From: Parcubacteria group bacterium
GTDB lineage: Bacteria; Patescibacteriota; Minisyncoccia; Moranbacterales; UBA2206
Reading direction: 5' to 3'
Length of the DNA stretch: 64,000 nt
Assembly: GCA_041674205.1 (NCBI GenBank)
Contig: JBAYWF010000001.1
Span: 37,449 to 101,448 of the forward strand
The notes under the pieces were generated by a model that had not been told where the DNA came from, did not search any database, and saw only the letters and a list, made by a program, of their open reading frames with translations. A program made the position numbers and the translations under genes. The stretch's first letter is position 1. Each line of letters opens with the position of its first letter. Positions 56,346 to 64,000 of this stretch are shown here, piece after piece.

Positions 56346-56708
56346 ATGGAAGAACAAAAAAACACGCAGCCGGCCGTTGAACCGAGCGCTGGCAATAAGG
56401 ACGTGGAATCCAACAAGGCGATGGCGATCGTGGGCTACATCATACCGATTCTTTTCTTCGTGCCATTGTTGTCCGATGCTAAAAACAGTCCGTTTGCCAA
56501 ATTCCATGCCAACCAGCAGTTGAACCTGCTTTTGGCGGCTATCGCCGTCAATATCGTCGGATCGATCATTCCGTTCCTGGGTTGGTTCATAATTTTGCCG
56601 TTTGGATCGATAGCGTTGATCGTAATCGCTATTATGGGAATCATCAATGCCGTCAAGGGAGAGATGAAAGCTTTGCCGTTGATCGGAGGATTTTCTTTGA
56701 TCAAATAA
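56346..56708 (+). CDS. DUF4870-family membrane protein
   Basis: KAMAIVGYIIPILFFVPLL...FAKFHANQQLNLLL, the typical DUF4870 pattern. Confidence 0.65.
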   Translation: MEEQKNTQPAVEPSAGNKDVESNKAMAIVGYIIPILFFVPLLSDAKNSPFAKFHANQQLNLLLAAIAVNIVGSIIPFLGWFIILPFGSIALIVIAIMGIINAVKGEMKALPLIGGFSLIK

Positions 56709-56803
56709 ACCTTCGTTTTAGGAAAAACAAAACAGGCGCCTCCGGGTTGCCTGTTTTGTTTTTTTGTGAGATTATAAGGATTGTTAAAGTGTAAGAAAAC
56801 TAT

Positions 56804-58213
56804 ATGAAAAAAACAAGGATAGTGGCTACTGTCGGTCCGGCTTCGGATAGCAAGGAAAATATGAAAAAGCTTGTGGAGGCGGGAGTGAACGTTTTCCGTT
56901 TGAATTTTTCCCATGGCACGCACGGATCGCATCAGGAAATAATCAATAAGGCCAAGGAGGTCAGGGAGGAAATCAAACGGCCTTTGGGAATCTTAGCTGA
57001 TTTGCAAGGTCCGCGTATCAGAGTAGGCAATGCCGAACCTTTTGAGATTGAAAAGGGCGAAATGATTTTTGTCAGTGATAGGAAAACGATGGATAATAAG
57101 GAATTAATCATCGATTCGGACGGCGTAGCCTCCGCGTTGCAGGTCGGAGAACGGATTTTAGTGGAGGATGGCGTGATGCGTTTGGAAGTCGTGGAAAAAT
57201 CGGAAGGCTTGGTGAAGGCTAGGGTGATAAACGGCGGTACGATCAAACCGCGCAAGGGGATAAACGTGCCGGATACCAAATTAGCTTTCGGTGCGGTTAC
57301 GGAAAAGGACAGGACGGATTTGGAATTCGTCTTGGGCAACGAAGTTGATTTTGTGGCTTTGTCATTCGTGAGCAATGCGCAGGAAGTGATTGAGACGCGC
57401 GACGCCATAAGGAAGATATTGGGCCGGAAAGACAGTCTGCCGCAAATCGTGGTCAAAATCGAGAGGAAAGAAGCGATTGACAATATCGATGAGATAATCG
57501 AGGCGGCGGATGTCGTGATGGTGGCGCGTGGCGACCTTGGCATCGAGTTGGCGGAAAGCAAAGTCATCATCTATCAGAAAGAAATCATCGCCAAATGTTT
57601 GCGCTCGGCTAAAACGGTCATCGTAGCTACCCAGATGCTGGATTCGATGATCAATAATCCGATTCCGACCCGGGCGGAGGTGTCGGACGTGACCAATGCC
57701 GTCATCGACCATACGGACGCGGTGATGCTTTCCGGAGAAAGCGCCAATGGGAAATATCCGGTTGAAGCGGTGGAAACGATGACGCAAATCATCAAGGATA
57801 CGGAAGAATCACCTTTTGATGATGTCAATGAACATTTCGAAGGATGTTGCGTCTATAGCGACTACGCCTCAATTATGCATAGCGCCCATGAGATGGCGAT
57901 AAATGCCGAGGCTAAAGCTATCGTGCTGTTCAGTGAGTCGGGAATTTCAGCCCGGATGCTGGCGCACCATCGGCCGGAACAGCTGATATTGGTAGGCACG
58001 CATAATCCTAAGACCTACCAACAGATGTCCATCGTTTGGGGGGCTAGGGCATATCTGCTGGAAAAACAGAACCGTGAGGAATTGATAGATGAGATGATCA
58101 GCATCAATAAGAATGCTGGGCGGCTGGCAACCGGGGATAAAGTTATCGTCATTTTGGGACGGGTTCCGGGCGGAAAGGATATCGCTTTGACGGGAATCCG
58201 GATAGTTGAATAA
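56804..58213 (+). CDS. pyk: Pyruvate kinase
   Basis: MKKTRIVATVGPAS...VFRLNFSHGTH, MVARGDLGIE, 469 aa. Confidence 0.9.
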   Translation: MKKTRIVATVGPASDSKENMKKLVEAGVNVFRLNFSHGTHGSHQEIINKAKEVREEIKRPLGILADLQGPRIRVGNAEPFEIEKGEMIFVSDRKTMDNKELIIDSDGVASALQVGERILVEDGVMRLEVVEKSEGLVKARVINGGTIKPRKGINVPDTKLAFGAVTEKDRTDLEFVLGNEVDFVALSFVSNAQEVIETRDAIRKILGRKDSLPQIVVKIERKEAIDNIDEIIEAADVVMVARGDLGIELAESKVIIYQKEIIAKCLRSAKTVIVATQMLDSMINNPIPTRAEVSDVTNAVIDHTDAVMLSGESANGKYPVEAVETMTQIIKDTEESPFDDVNEHFEGCCVYSDYASIMHSAHEMAINAEAKAIVLFSESGISARMLAHHRPEQLILVGTHNPKTYQQMSIVWGARAYLLEKQNREELIDEMISINKNAGRLATGDKVIVILGRVPGGKDIALTGIRIVE

Positions 58214-58240
58214 ATCCTGGTTACTTGCTAGGATTAAAGC

Positions 58241-58262
58241 GAGGCTGGTTTGCCTCATTTTT
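58241..58262 (+). terminator. Terminator after pyk
   Basis: GAGGC-TGGTTT-GCCTC followed by ATTTTT, ending at the tRNA 5-prime end. Confidence 0.55.
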
Positions 58263-58349
58263 GGAAGGATCGCATAGTGGTCGAGTGCGCCGCCTTGGAA
58301 AGGCGGTAAGTCTTAACGGGCTTCGAGGGTTCAAATCCCTCTCCTTCCG
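58263..58349 (+). tRNA. tRNA-Ser (anticodon GGA), class II with long variable arm
   Basis: Acceptor stem GGAAGGA/TCCTTCC, anticodon stem CCGCC/GGCGG with loop TTGGAAA, long variable arm, T-arm GAGGG-TTCAAAT-CCCTC, discriminator G. No encoded CCA. Confidence 0.8.
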
Positions 58350-58492
58350 CCCTTGATCCGCTGAAGCACCGTTTCGGCGTGACGCATCCGTAAAAAAAGA
58401 CAGCGATGGCTGTATTTTGCTGAAGCAGGTTTTTTAGCGTGATTTTGATACTTTTTGCCTTATCTTGTGTAGTAATATAGTATATACATACT

Positions 58493-60307
58493 ATGGGGAC
58501 AGATTTAGAGGAAATCAAAGCGAAATTGAATATCGTGGATGTGCTTGGGGAGTATATCCGGTTGGAAAGGGCAGGCGCCAATTATCGCGCCAGATGCCCT
58601 TTTCATAATGAAAAAAGCCCCTCTTTTATGGTCAGTGAGGATAAACAGATCTGGCATTGTTTCGGATGTCAGAAAGGCGGGGATATTTTCGGGTTCGTGA
58701 TGGAGATGGAGGGCTTGGAATTCCGCGATGCCTTGAAATTGCTAGCCGAAAAAGCTGGAATAGAGCTCAAAAAAACAGATCCAAGGCGGGCGGAACAAAA
58801 AAACAAAACCTCGGATATTTTGGAAATGGCTACGAAATTCTATCAAGCCCATTTGTTGCAAACCGCCGGAGGTAAGAAGATTCTGGACTATTTGCGCGAG
58901 AGAGGCATAAATGACCAATCGATCAAGGATTTCCGCTTGGGCTATGCCCCGGATGGCTGGAAGAATGTGTTGGGTTTTTTGGTCAAGCACGGTTTCGCGC
59001 CAGATGAGATCGCTAAGACCGGTTTGTTGGTGGAGAGCCAAAAAAATCCAGCGGATAAATATTATGATCGCTTCCGCGATCGGATAATGTTTCCGATTGC
59101 GGATACTAACGGAAAGGTCGTAGGCTATAGCGCACGGGTGGCGCCGGGCGGAGACGAGTCGCAAGCCAAATACGTGAATACGCCGGAAACCGAAGTTTAC
59201 CATAAAAGCCGGATTTTATACGGTATCAACCGGGCTAAGGGCGAAATCAGGCAGTCTGGCGACGTGCTTCTGGTAGAGGGTAATATGGACGTGATTGCGG
59301 CGCACCAAGCCGGATTGAAAAATACCGTCGCGGTGTCCGGCACCGCGCTGACTCCGGAACACCTCGCCATCATCAAACGGTATACGGATAATATAAGGAT
59401 GTGTTTCGATATGGATAATGCCGGGGAATTGGCGACGAAAAAAAGCATCAAACTGTGTTTTGAAAAAGAAGCCAATGTGCAAGTAGTGCAATTGCCTGGC
59501 GAAAAGGATGCAGCCGATTTGGCCAAAAACAGCCCGGAAGTTCTACGCGGGGCGGTGGAAGAGGCTAAGCCGGCGATGGAATATTTTTTCAATAATATCT
59601 TCGCTAAATATGACAAGGAAAAAGTGGAGGATAAAAAAATAATCACGGAAGAGTTGTTGGATATGATCGGTTGCCTGGCAAACGATATTGAGAAAAACCA
59701 CTGGCTGAAAAAATTGGCGAATGAGCTTGATATCGAAGACAGTATATTGACGGATATGTTAAAAAAAGCTAGTCTTAGGGAAAGAGCGATGAAAACTTCA
59801 CGAGACTTGCTGCCTGAACGCCAAGTCTTCGCCCCTTTGGGGAAAATTGAAACTCTTACGAGAGACCTGACCGGATTGATGCTTATCTATGGCGATGTTT
59901 GGAAGGAACTGGTAGAAACGGAAGATTTATCATATCTTCCGAAAGATAGCCTTCTAAATACTATGATCCAAAAGGGTCCGGATTTTAATTTTAGCTTTGA
60001 CGGATTGGTTAAAGATATCGATTCGCGGTCTGACGCGGTCAGTGCTGAGAAGATATATTTTGAAAACCGCTACCGGGTCGGATTGGACAATGGATTGGAA
60101 GAAGTCGTTTTTGAAAAGCCGGCAGTGGAAGCGAGAAACAGGCTGCGCAAGATCAAATACGAAATCAATAAGGATTGGCTGGACAAGATTTCCAAAAATC
60201 TGGATATCGCCAAAAAAAATAATGACGCGGGCGCGGTAAAATTTTTAACGGAAGAATATTCCAAAATCAATGTCGAACAGTCCGCGCTAAACAAGGAACT
60301 AAATTAA
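58493..60307 (+). CDS. dnaG: DNA primase DnaG
   Basis: Zinc-binding [11 protein letters not shown]...HCFGC, TOPRIM region ([11 protein letters not shown]). Confidence 0.9.
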   Translation: MGTDLEEIKAKLNIVDVLGEYIRLERAGANYRARCPFHNEKSPSFMVSEDKQIWHCFGCQKGGDIFGFVMEMEGLEFRDALKLLAEKAGIELKKTDPRRAEQKNKTSDILEMATKFYQAHLLQTAGGKKILDYLRERGINDQSIKDFRLGYAPDGWKNVLGFLVKHGFAPDEIAKTGLLVESQKNPADKYYDRFRDRIMFPIADTNGKVVGYSARVAPGGDESQAKYVNTPETEVYHKSRILYGINRAKGEIRQSGDVLLVEGNMDVIAAHQAGLKNTVAVSGTALTPEHLAIIKRYTDNIRMCFDMDNAGELATKKSIKLCFEKEANVQVVQLPGEKDAADLAKNSPEVLRGAVEEAKPAMEYFFNNIFAKYDKEKVEDKKIITEELLDMIGCLANDIEKNHWLKKLANELDIEDSILTDMLKKASLRERAMKTSRDLLPERQVFAPLGKIETLTRDLTGLMLIYGDVWKELVETEDLSYLPKDSLLNTMIQKGPDFNFSFDGLVKDIDSRSDAVSAEKIYFENRYRVGLDNGLEEVVFEKPAVEARNRLRKIKYEINKDWLDKISKNLDIAKKNNDAGAVKFLTEEYSKINVEQSALNKELN

Positions 60308-60317
60308 TATTTATAAT

Positions 60318-61769
60318 ATGGCCAATAAGAAAAACAGCAAAAAACTCGTGACTAGTAAAATAAAAAAAATGACGGTCAAGAAAACCGCCAAGTCCGTCCA
60401 TCCGGTAAAAAATGCCAAATCAGTCCGTGTGGTAAAAACTTCGTCCAAAAAACAAACCGCCAATCATAAGCCGGTCCGGATTAAAAAAGCTGTTAAGAAA
60501 TCCGTCAAAAAGGAAGTGAAACCGGTGCATATCAAAAAGCCGGCCGCGGCCAAAAAAACCGTCAGCTCCGCCACGCCGGTCCATTCGGGAAAAGCCAAAG
60601 TCGGGATGAGCCGTGCCGAGAAAAAAATCAGCCAGGGCGGTAAAGTCGTGCCGTTCAAGCCGAAAGAAGAAAAGAAAAAAAGCGTCGTCGAGGAATTGGT
60701 TTATCGGGGCAAGCAAAGGGGATTCATAACTGAAGACGAGATTTTGCATGCTTTCCCGGACGCGGAAAAAAATATCGAAGAGCTGGGAAGTTTGTATGAA
60801 AAATTGGAGGAAGTCGGCGTGCGGGTCTTGGGATCGGACGATATGCTGAAGATGGAAACCGACAAGATCGTCGAGGATATTGAAGAAGAAAAGGCTGGCA
60901 AGAAAAAGAAGCGGAGGGAAATCGACGTGCCGGAGGAGGCCTCTTCCGATTTGGTGCAGATGTATCTGCGCGAAATCGGCCGGGTGGAACTTTTGAAGTC
61001 GGAAGAAGAAATCGCCCTGGCCAAGAGGATCGAAAAAGGCGACCCGGTAGCCAAACAGAAATTGACCGAAGCCAACTTGCGTCTGGTGGTGAGCATCGCC
61101 AAGAAATATGTCGGCCGCTCGCACAACCTTTCCCTGCTCGATCTGATCCAGGAAGGCAATATCGGTTTGTTCCGCGCCGTGGAGAAATTTGACTATACCA
61201 AGGGTTATAAGTTTTCCACCTACGCGACCTGGTGGATCCGCCAGGCTATCACGCGGGCTTTGGCCGACCAGTCCCGCACGATCCGCATCCCGGTGCATAT
61301 GGTGGAAACGATCAATAAATATACGCAAATAACCCGGCGGCTGGTCCAGGATCTGGGACGCGAGCCGTTGCCGGAAGAGGTGGCGGTGGAAATGGGCATC
61401 GAAGTGGACAAAATCCGCCACATTATGAAAATCTCGCAGGAAACGGTGTCGCTGGAAACTTCGGTCGGCGACAGCGATGACGACAGCGTGCTGGGGGATT
61501 TCATCGAAGATACGGAAACGGTGATGCCGCACCATGTCGCTTCGCGGAAACTTCTGCGCGACCACGTGACGGAAATCCTGGATTCCTTGACGCCGCGCGA
61601 ACAGAAAATCTTGAAAATCCGGTTCGGCTTGGAAGACGGGGTGGTGCACACATTGGAAGAAGTGGGGCAGGAATTTGGTGTGACGCGCGAGCGTATCCGC
61701 CAGATCGAATCGAAAGCCTTGGAAAAAATCCGGGAGCACAAAGGTGTCAAAAAACTGAAGGATTATTAA
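60318..61769 (+). CDS. rpoD: RNA polymerase sigma-70 factor RpoD with about 120-aa lysine/alanine-rich histone-H1-like N-terminal extension
   Basis: Regions 1.2-4 ([56 protein letters not shown]). N-terminal KKxVKK repeats. Confidence 0.9.
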   Translation: MANKKNSKKLVTSKIKKMTVKKTAKSVHPVKNAKSVRVVKTSSKKQTANHKPVRIKKAVKKSVKKEVKPVHIKKPAAAKKTVSSATPVHSGKAKVGMSRAEKKISQGGKVVPFKPKEEKKKSVVEELVYRGKQRGFITEDEILHAFPDAEKNIEELGSLYEKLEEVGVRVLGSDDMLKMETDKIVEDIEEEKAGKKKKRREIDVPEEASSDLVQMYLREIGRVELLKSEEEIALAKRIEKGDPVAKQKLTEANLRLVVSIAKKYVGRSHNLSLLDLIQEGNIGLFRAVEKFDYTKGYKFSTYATWWIRQAITRALADQSRTIRIPVHMVETINKYTQITRRLVQDLGREPLPEEVAVEMGIEVDKIRHIMKISQETVSLETSVGDSDDDSVLGDFIEDTETVMPHHVASRKLLRDHVTEILDSLTPREQKILKIRFGLEDGVVHTLEEVGQEFGVTRERIRQIESKALEKIREHKGVKKLKDY

Positions 61770-61785
61770 AATCCCTTAAATATAC

Positions 61786-61817
61786 TAAAAAAGCCCTGAT
61801 TCGCAGGGCTTTTTTCG
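61786..61817 (+). terminator. Rho-independent terminator after rpoD
   Basis: AGCCCTG-ATTCG-CAGGGCT followed by a T6 run. Confidence 0.75.
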
Positions 61818-61903
61818 TGCCTGCGAGCCCTTGCCAGTCGAAAAAATACTTGCTATACTGGTTTTGTTGCTTGTTTCAGGCAATTTTTAAAAACTGAATA
61901 CAT

Positions 61904-61975
61904 TCCGCGATAGCTCAATGGTAGAGCAGTTGACTGTTAATCAATTGGTTCCAGGTTCGAATCCTGGTCGCGGAG
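61904..61975 (+). tRNA. tRNA-Asn (anticodon GTT)
   Basis: Acceptor TCCGCGA/TCGCGGA, D-arm GCTC-AATGGTA-GAGC, anticodon loop CTGTTAA, T-arm CCAGG-TTCGAAT-CCTGG, discriminator G. Confidence 0.85.
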
Positions 61976-61986
61976 CTTTGACATAA

Positions 61987-62013
61987 AACCACCTTCACAA
62001 TAGGTGGTTTTTG
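61987..62013 (+). terminator. Terminator hairpin after tRNA-Asn
   Basis: ACCACCT-TCACAAT-AGGTGGT followed by TTTTT. Confidence 0.6.
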
Positions 62014-62036
62014 CTTTATATAAGCACAATTCAGGA

Positions 62037-62139
62037 GGTTCGAACCTACTGAAAAATGGGGTAGACCCGAATTGGAATGATAACGACTCAAAAGTGCATT
62101 TACCCCTGTGTTTATGGGCTTTGAGAGAGGTTCGAACCT
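62037..62139. repeat. Two copies of GAGGTTCGAACCTA with a perfect 10-bp palindrome GGTTCGAACC, 92 nt apart, between tRNA-Asn and the serine recombinase
   Basis: Copies at 62033-62047 and 62125-62139. Candidate recombinase-site-like palindromes or tRNA-fragment relics. Confidence 0.5.
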
Positions 62140-62157
62140 AAATCTTGAAAGACCAAT

Positions 62158-62197
62158 AAAAAAACTCCTCGCTGTTTTTTTGCGAGGAGCTATTTTA
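62158..62197. terminator. Bidirectional terminator at the 3-prime end of the recombinase gene
   Basis: ACTCCTCGC-TGTTTTTTT-GCGAGGAG with A/T runs on both sides. Confidence 0.6.
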
Positions 62198-63854
62198 TTT
62201 TGGCTAGTTCTTTTAGTCCTGCTTGAAGTTTCGGAGAAGTGGAGTATGCAATCTCTAATTTTTTCTTATCCGGCTTCAAGGGTTCCATTTTCTTGTAAAT
62301 CGCGCTAGATACCTCGGCTACTTTTTTGATGCGTAGTATTGGGTTTTCGGTTCCGATTGTGAATTGGCTATTCTTCAGTATCAGATCTGTTCCTAAACTT
62401 GCGACTACTTGCTTTTTATTTCGCAGGTCGCCACCCTTAAATCTTTTGCAAATCTCCTCGGCAACATTTAGTGTTTTTTCTAACTTTTCCAGCCAAGTTT
62501 CTTGAGGAGTTTTTTCACTAGTTAAGGCTCTAGTCAGGAGTTCTTGTTCTTTGTGTAGTTCTGCCTGCTTAAAGCTGAAATCTGCTTCAGAAAGCTCGCC
62601 GTTGAGCTTCATGTCTATAAGTCGGCTAAGCTTCTTCTTGCTGGACTCAAGGGCTCTGCTTTGGCCTTCACGAATCCTATTGTCAGATTCGAGTTCCTCA
62701 GAGTAGTTTTGTCTGAGATGGTGGATTGCGAAATCCTTGAACCCAGGTGGTATATCGATTGTTTTCATAAGTTGCTGAATTTGGTCTTCTAGCACCTTCT
62801 CTTCTACATTTTTTCTTTCTGGGCAATTCGGATCTCTTCTTTTTGTACAATGATAGTAGATGTAATGGTGTTTATTACCATTTAAATTCTTTTTAGTTTT
62901 ATTTTCAGCTGTGATCATTGCGCCACAATTTGCACATTGTATTATTCCGGTATAGGCGAAGGTGTAACTCTTTGGGCGAGTGGTTCCTTTTTTGCTCAGC
63001 AAGTCTTGAATTTTTTCAAAATCTTCTCGACTGATCATGGCTTCATGTTTGCCTTGAATCCAATTGCTGCTACCCTTAGGAAATTCAAACCATCCGTAGT
63101 AAAAGGGGTTGTGAAGCATTGCATACCAGGAAGCAATCGCAACTTTGCCACCATTTTTATTCGTGAGCCCCCATTCTTTTGTCGCTAGGTCGTAAGTTTC
63201 TTTGACTGAGTATTTTCCTGATAAAACCATCTGCCACATTTTTTTGACCAGGTCGAAGCTTGCCGGATCGTTCATTATCTCTTTTTCTCCTTTGCGCTTC
63301 ATTGGGTTATATGTGTAGCCTAAGGCGCCCATATTAGGGCACCATCCCATCTGAGCTTTTTGTGCTAAGCCTCTTTTTACATTGACACCCTTGTGGTCAT
63401 TCTCAAGTTTAGCTTGGCTAAAAAAGAGGTTGAGCATGAACTTATCATTAGGTGTGTTTCTGAATATTTGCCCAGGCGTTGCAATCTCTTGAAGCTTCCC
63501 GGAGTCCACAAGATGTATTATTCTTCCTGAGTCTATGGAATTTCTTGATAATCGATCAATATTCCACACGAGAAGTTTCTGAATTCGTCCGCTTTCTATA
63601 TCAAGAAGAATCTGATTAAATATGGGACGCCCTTCCGGATTTTTGGCAGAGTGTGATTCCTCTCTAATTTCTCCAATTTCAAATCCACTCCTATCCGCTA
63701 CCGCCTTCATTTCACGGATTTGAGATTCAATAGAAAGAGCCTGCCTCTCCGCGCTCTCACTTGATTTGCGTGCATAAAGCAGATAGTTATTCAATTGTGC
63801 AATTTTTTGATTCATTTCTTTTTGTTTGGGTTTTGTAACAACACAATACCCCAA
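62190..63854 (-). CDS. Large serine recombinase (phage-integrase-type resolvase/invertase N-domain + recombinase domain + zinc ribbon + coiled coil)
   Basis: Catalytic region YARKSSESAERQALSIESQ with LLVWNIDRLSRN, recombinase domain, Cys cluster CANCGAMITA...YYHCTKRRDPNCPE, 554 aa. Confidence 0.85.
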   Translation of the reverse strand: MGYCVVTKPKQKEMNQKIAQLNNYLLYARKSSESAERQALSIESQIREMKAVADRSGFEIGEIREESHSAKNPEGRPIFNQILLDIESGRIQKLLVWNIDRLSRNSIDSGRIIHLVDSGKLQEIATPGQIFRNTPNDKFMLNLFFSQAKLENDHKGVNVKRGLAQKAQMGWCPNMGALGYTYNPMKRKGEKEIMNDPASFDLVKKMWQMVLSGKYSVKETYDLATKEWGLTNKNGGKVAIASWYAMLHNPFYYGWFEFPKGSSNWIQGKHEAMISREDFEKIQDLLSKKGTTRPKSYTFAYTGIIQCANCGAMITAENKTKKNLNGNKHHYIYYHCTKRRDPNCPERKNVEEKVLEDQIQQLMKTIDIPPGFKDFAIHHLRQNYSEELESDNRIREGQSRALESSKKKLSRLIDMKLNGELSEADFSFKQAELHKEQELLTRALTSEKTPQETWLEKLEKTLNVAEEICKRFKGGDLRNKKQVVASLGTDLILKNSQFTIGTENPILRIKKVAEVSSAIYKKMEPLKPDKKKLEIAYSTSPKLQAGLKELAKIK

Positions 63855-63867
63855 ACGCTAATAATAG

Positions 63868-64000
63868 CTAGTGCCTAATTTTGTCGAGCCCTCGATCTCT
63901 ACGAGCCTTTGCAATATCGGCACTCAAGTTGGCGATATTGTAGATGGTCCCTATATTTATGCTAGCGTCTGGCTTATCTTTTGGATCATAATATCCCGCC
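63868..64000 (-). CDS. 3-prime end of an unknown gene continuing beyond the window
   Basis: Own translation of the minus strand gives an open frame ...DPKDKPDASINIGTIYNIANLSADIAKARRDRGLDKIRH-stop, ending 13 nt before the recombinase start. Too short for the ORF track. Confidence 0.25.
   Translation of the reverse strand, partial: AGYYDPKDKPDASINIGTIYNIANLSADIAKARRDRGLDKIRH

Noticed and set aside
60420-61739. 439-aa ORF on the minus strand
   Set aside because: Lies entirely antisense to rpoD, which has unambiguous sigma-70 motifs. Its product is low-complexity and Arg/His/Phe-rich, typical of a shadow ORF.
62033-62139. GGTTCGAACCT repeats considered as additional tRNA genes
   Set aside because: They resemble a T-loop but lack acceptor, D and anticodon arms. 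Retained only as palindromic repeats, possibly recombinase-site related.

Overview
This 64 kb window is gene-dense and low-GC, with compact operons. It resembles a reduced genome, possibly a Candidate Phyla Radiation / Patescibacteria-like bacterium; that taxon call is inference from gene content (lamin-tail-domain surface protein, several TrmB-like regulators, PilB-type ATPase, short YidC) and cannot be checked here. It contains the chromosomal replication origin region: rpmH-rnpA-yidC on the minus strand diverge from dnaA-dnaN on the plus strand, with perfect DnaA boxes between dnaA and dnaN. Core housekeeping genes follow (gdh, ruvA/B/C, yebC, polA, mutM, holA, rpsT, pyk, dnaG, rpoD, htpX, tsaE, PBP1A, FemAB, Mur ligase) plus two tRNAs (Ser-GGA, Asn-GTT). 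Four regions stand out. (1) A minus-strand operon at 14993-19955 encodes a 7TM membrane protein followed by four paralogous ATP-grasp amidoligases (RimK-like, cyanophycin-synthetase-N-domain-like, and one fused to a retropepsin-like peptidase). This is an expanded form of the conserved 7TM / RimK-like ATP-grasp / retropepsin-like peptidase neighbourhood and is a candidate poly-amino-acid or peptide-tagging system. (2) An accessory islet at 6.6-10.8 kb is bounded by two identical 29-nt terminator hairpins. It carries a decayed IS200/IS605 tnpA relic and two large tandem, mutually paralogous coiled-coil proteins of unknown function. (3) A 1011-aa protein is a tandem-duplicated and fused double GspE/PilB secretion ATPase, lying next to a GGDEF diguanylate cyclase. 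(4) tRNA-Asn is followed by palindromic repeats and a large serine recombinase at the window edge, marking the start of an integrative element. Several promoter/terminator-bounded non-coding candidates and a long-stem structured element upstream of a CDF metal transporter are also noted. No rRNA or CRISPR array is present.
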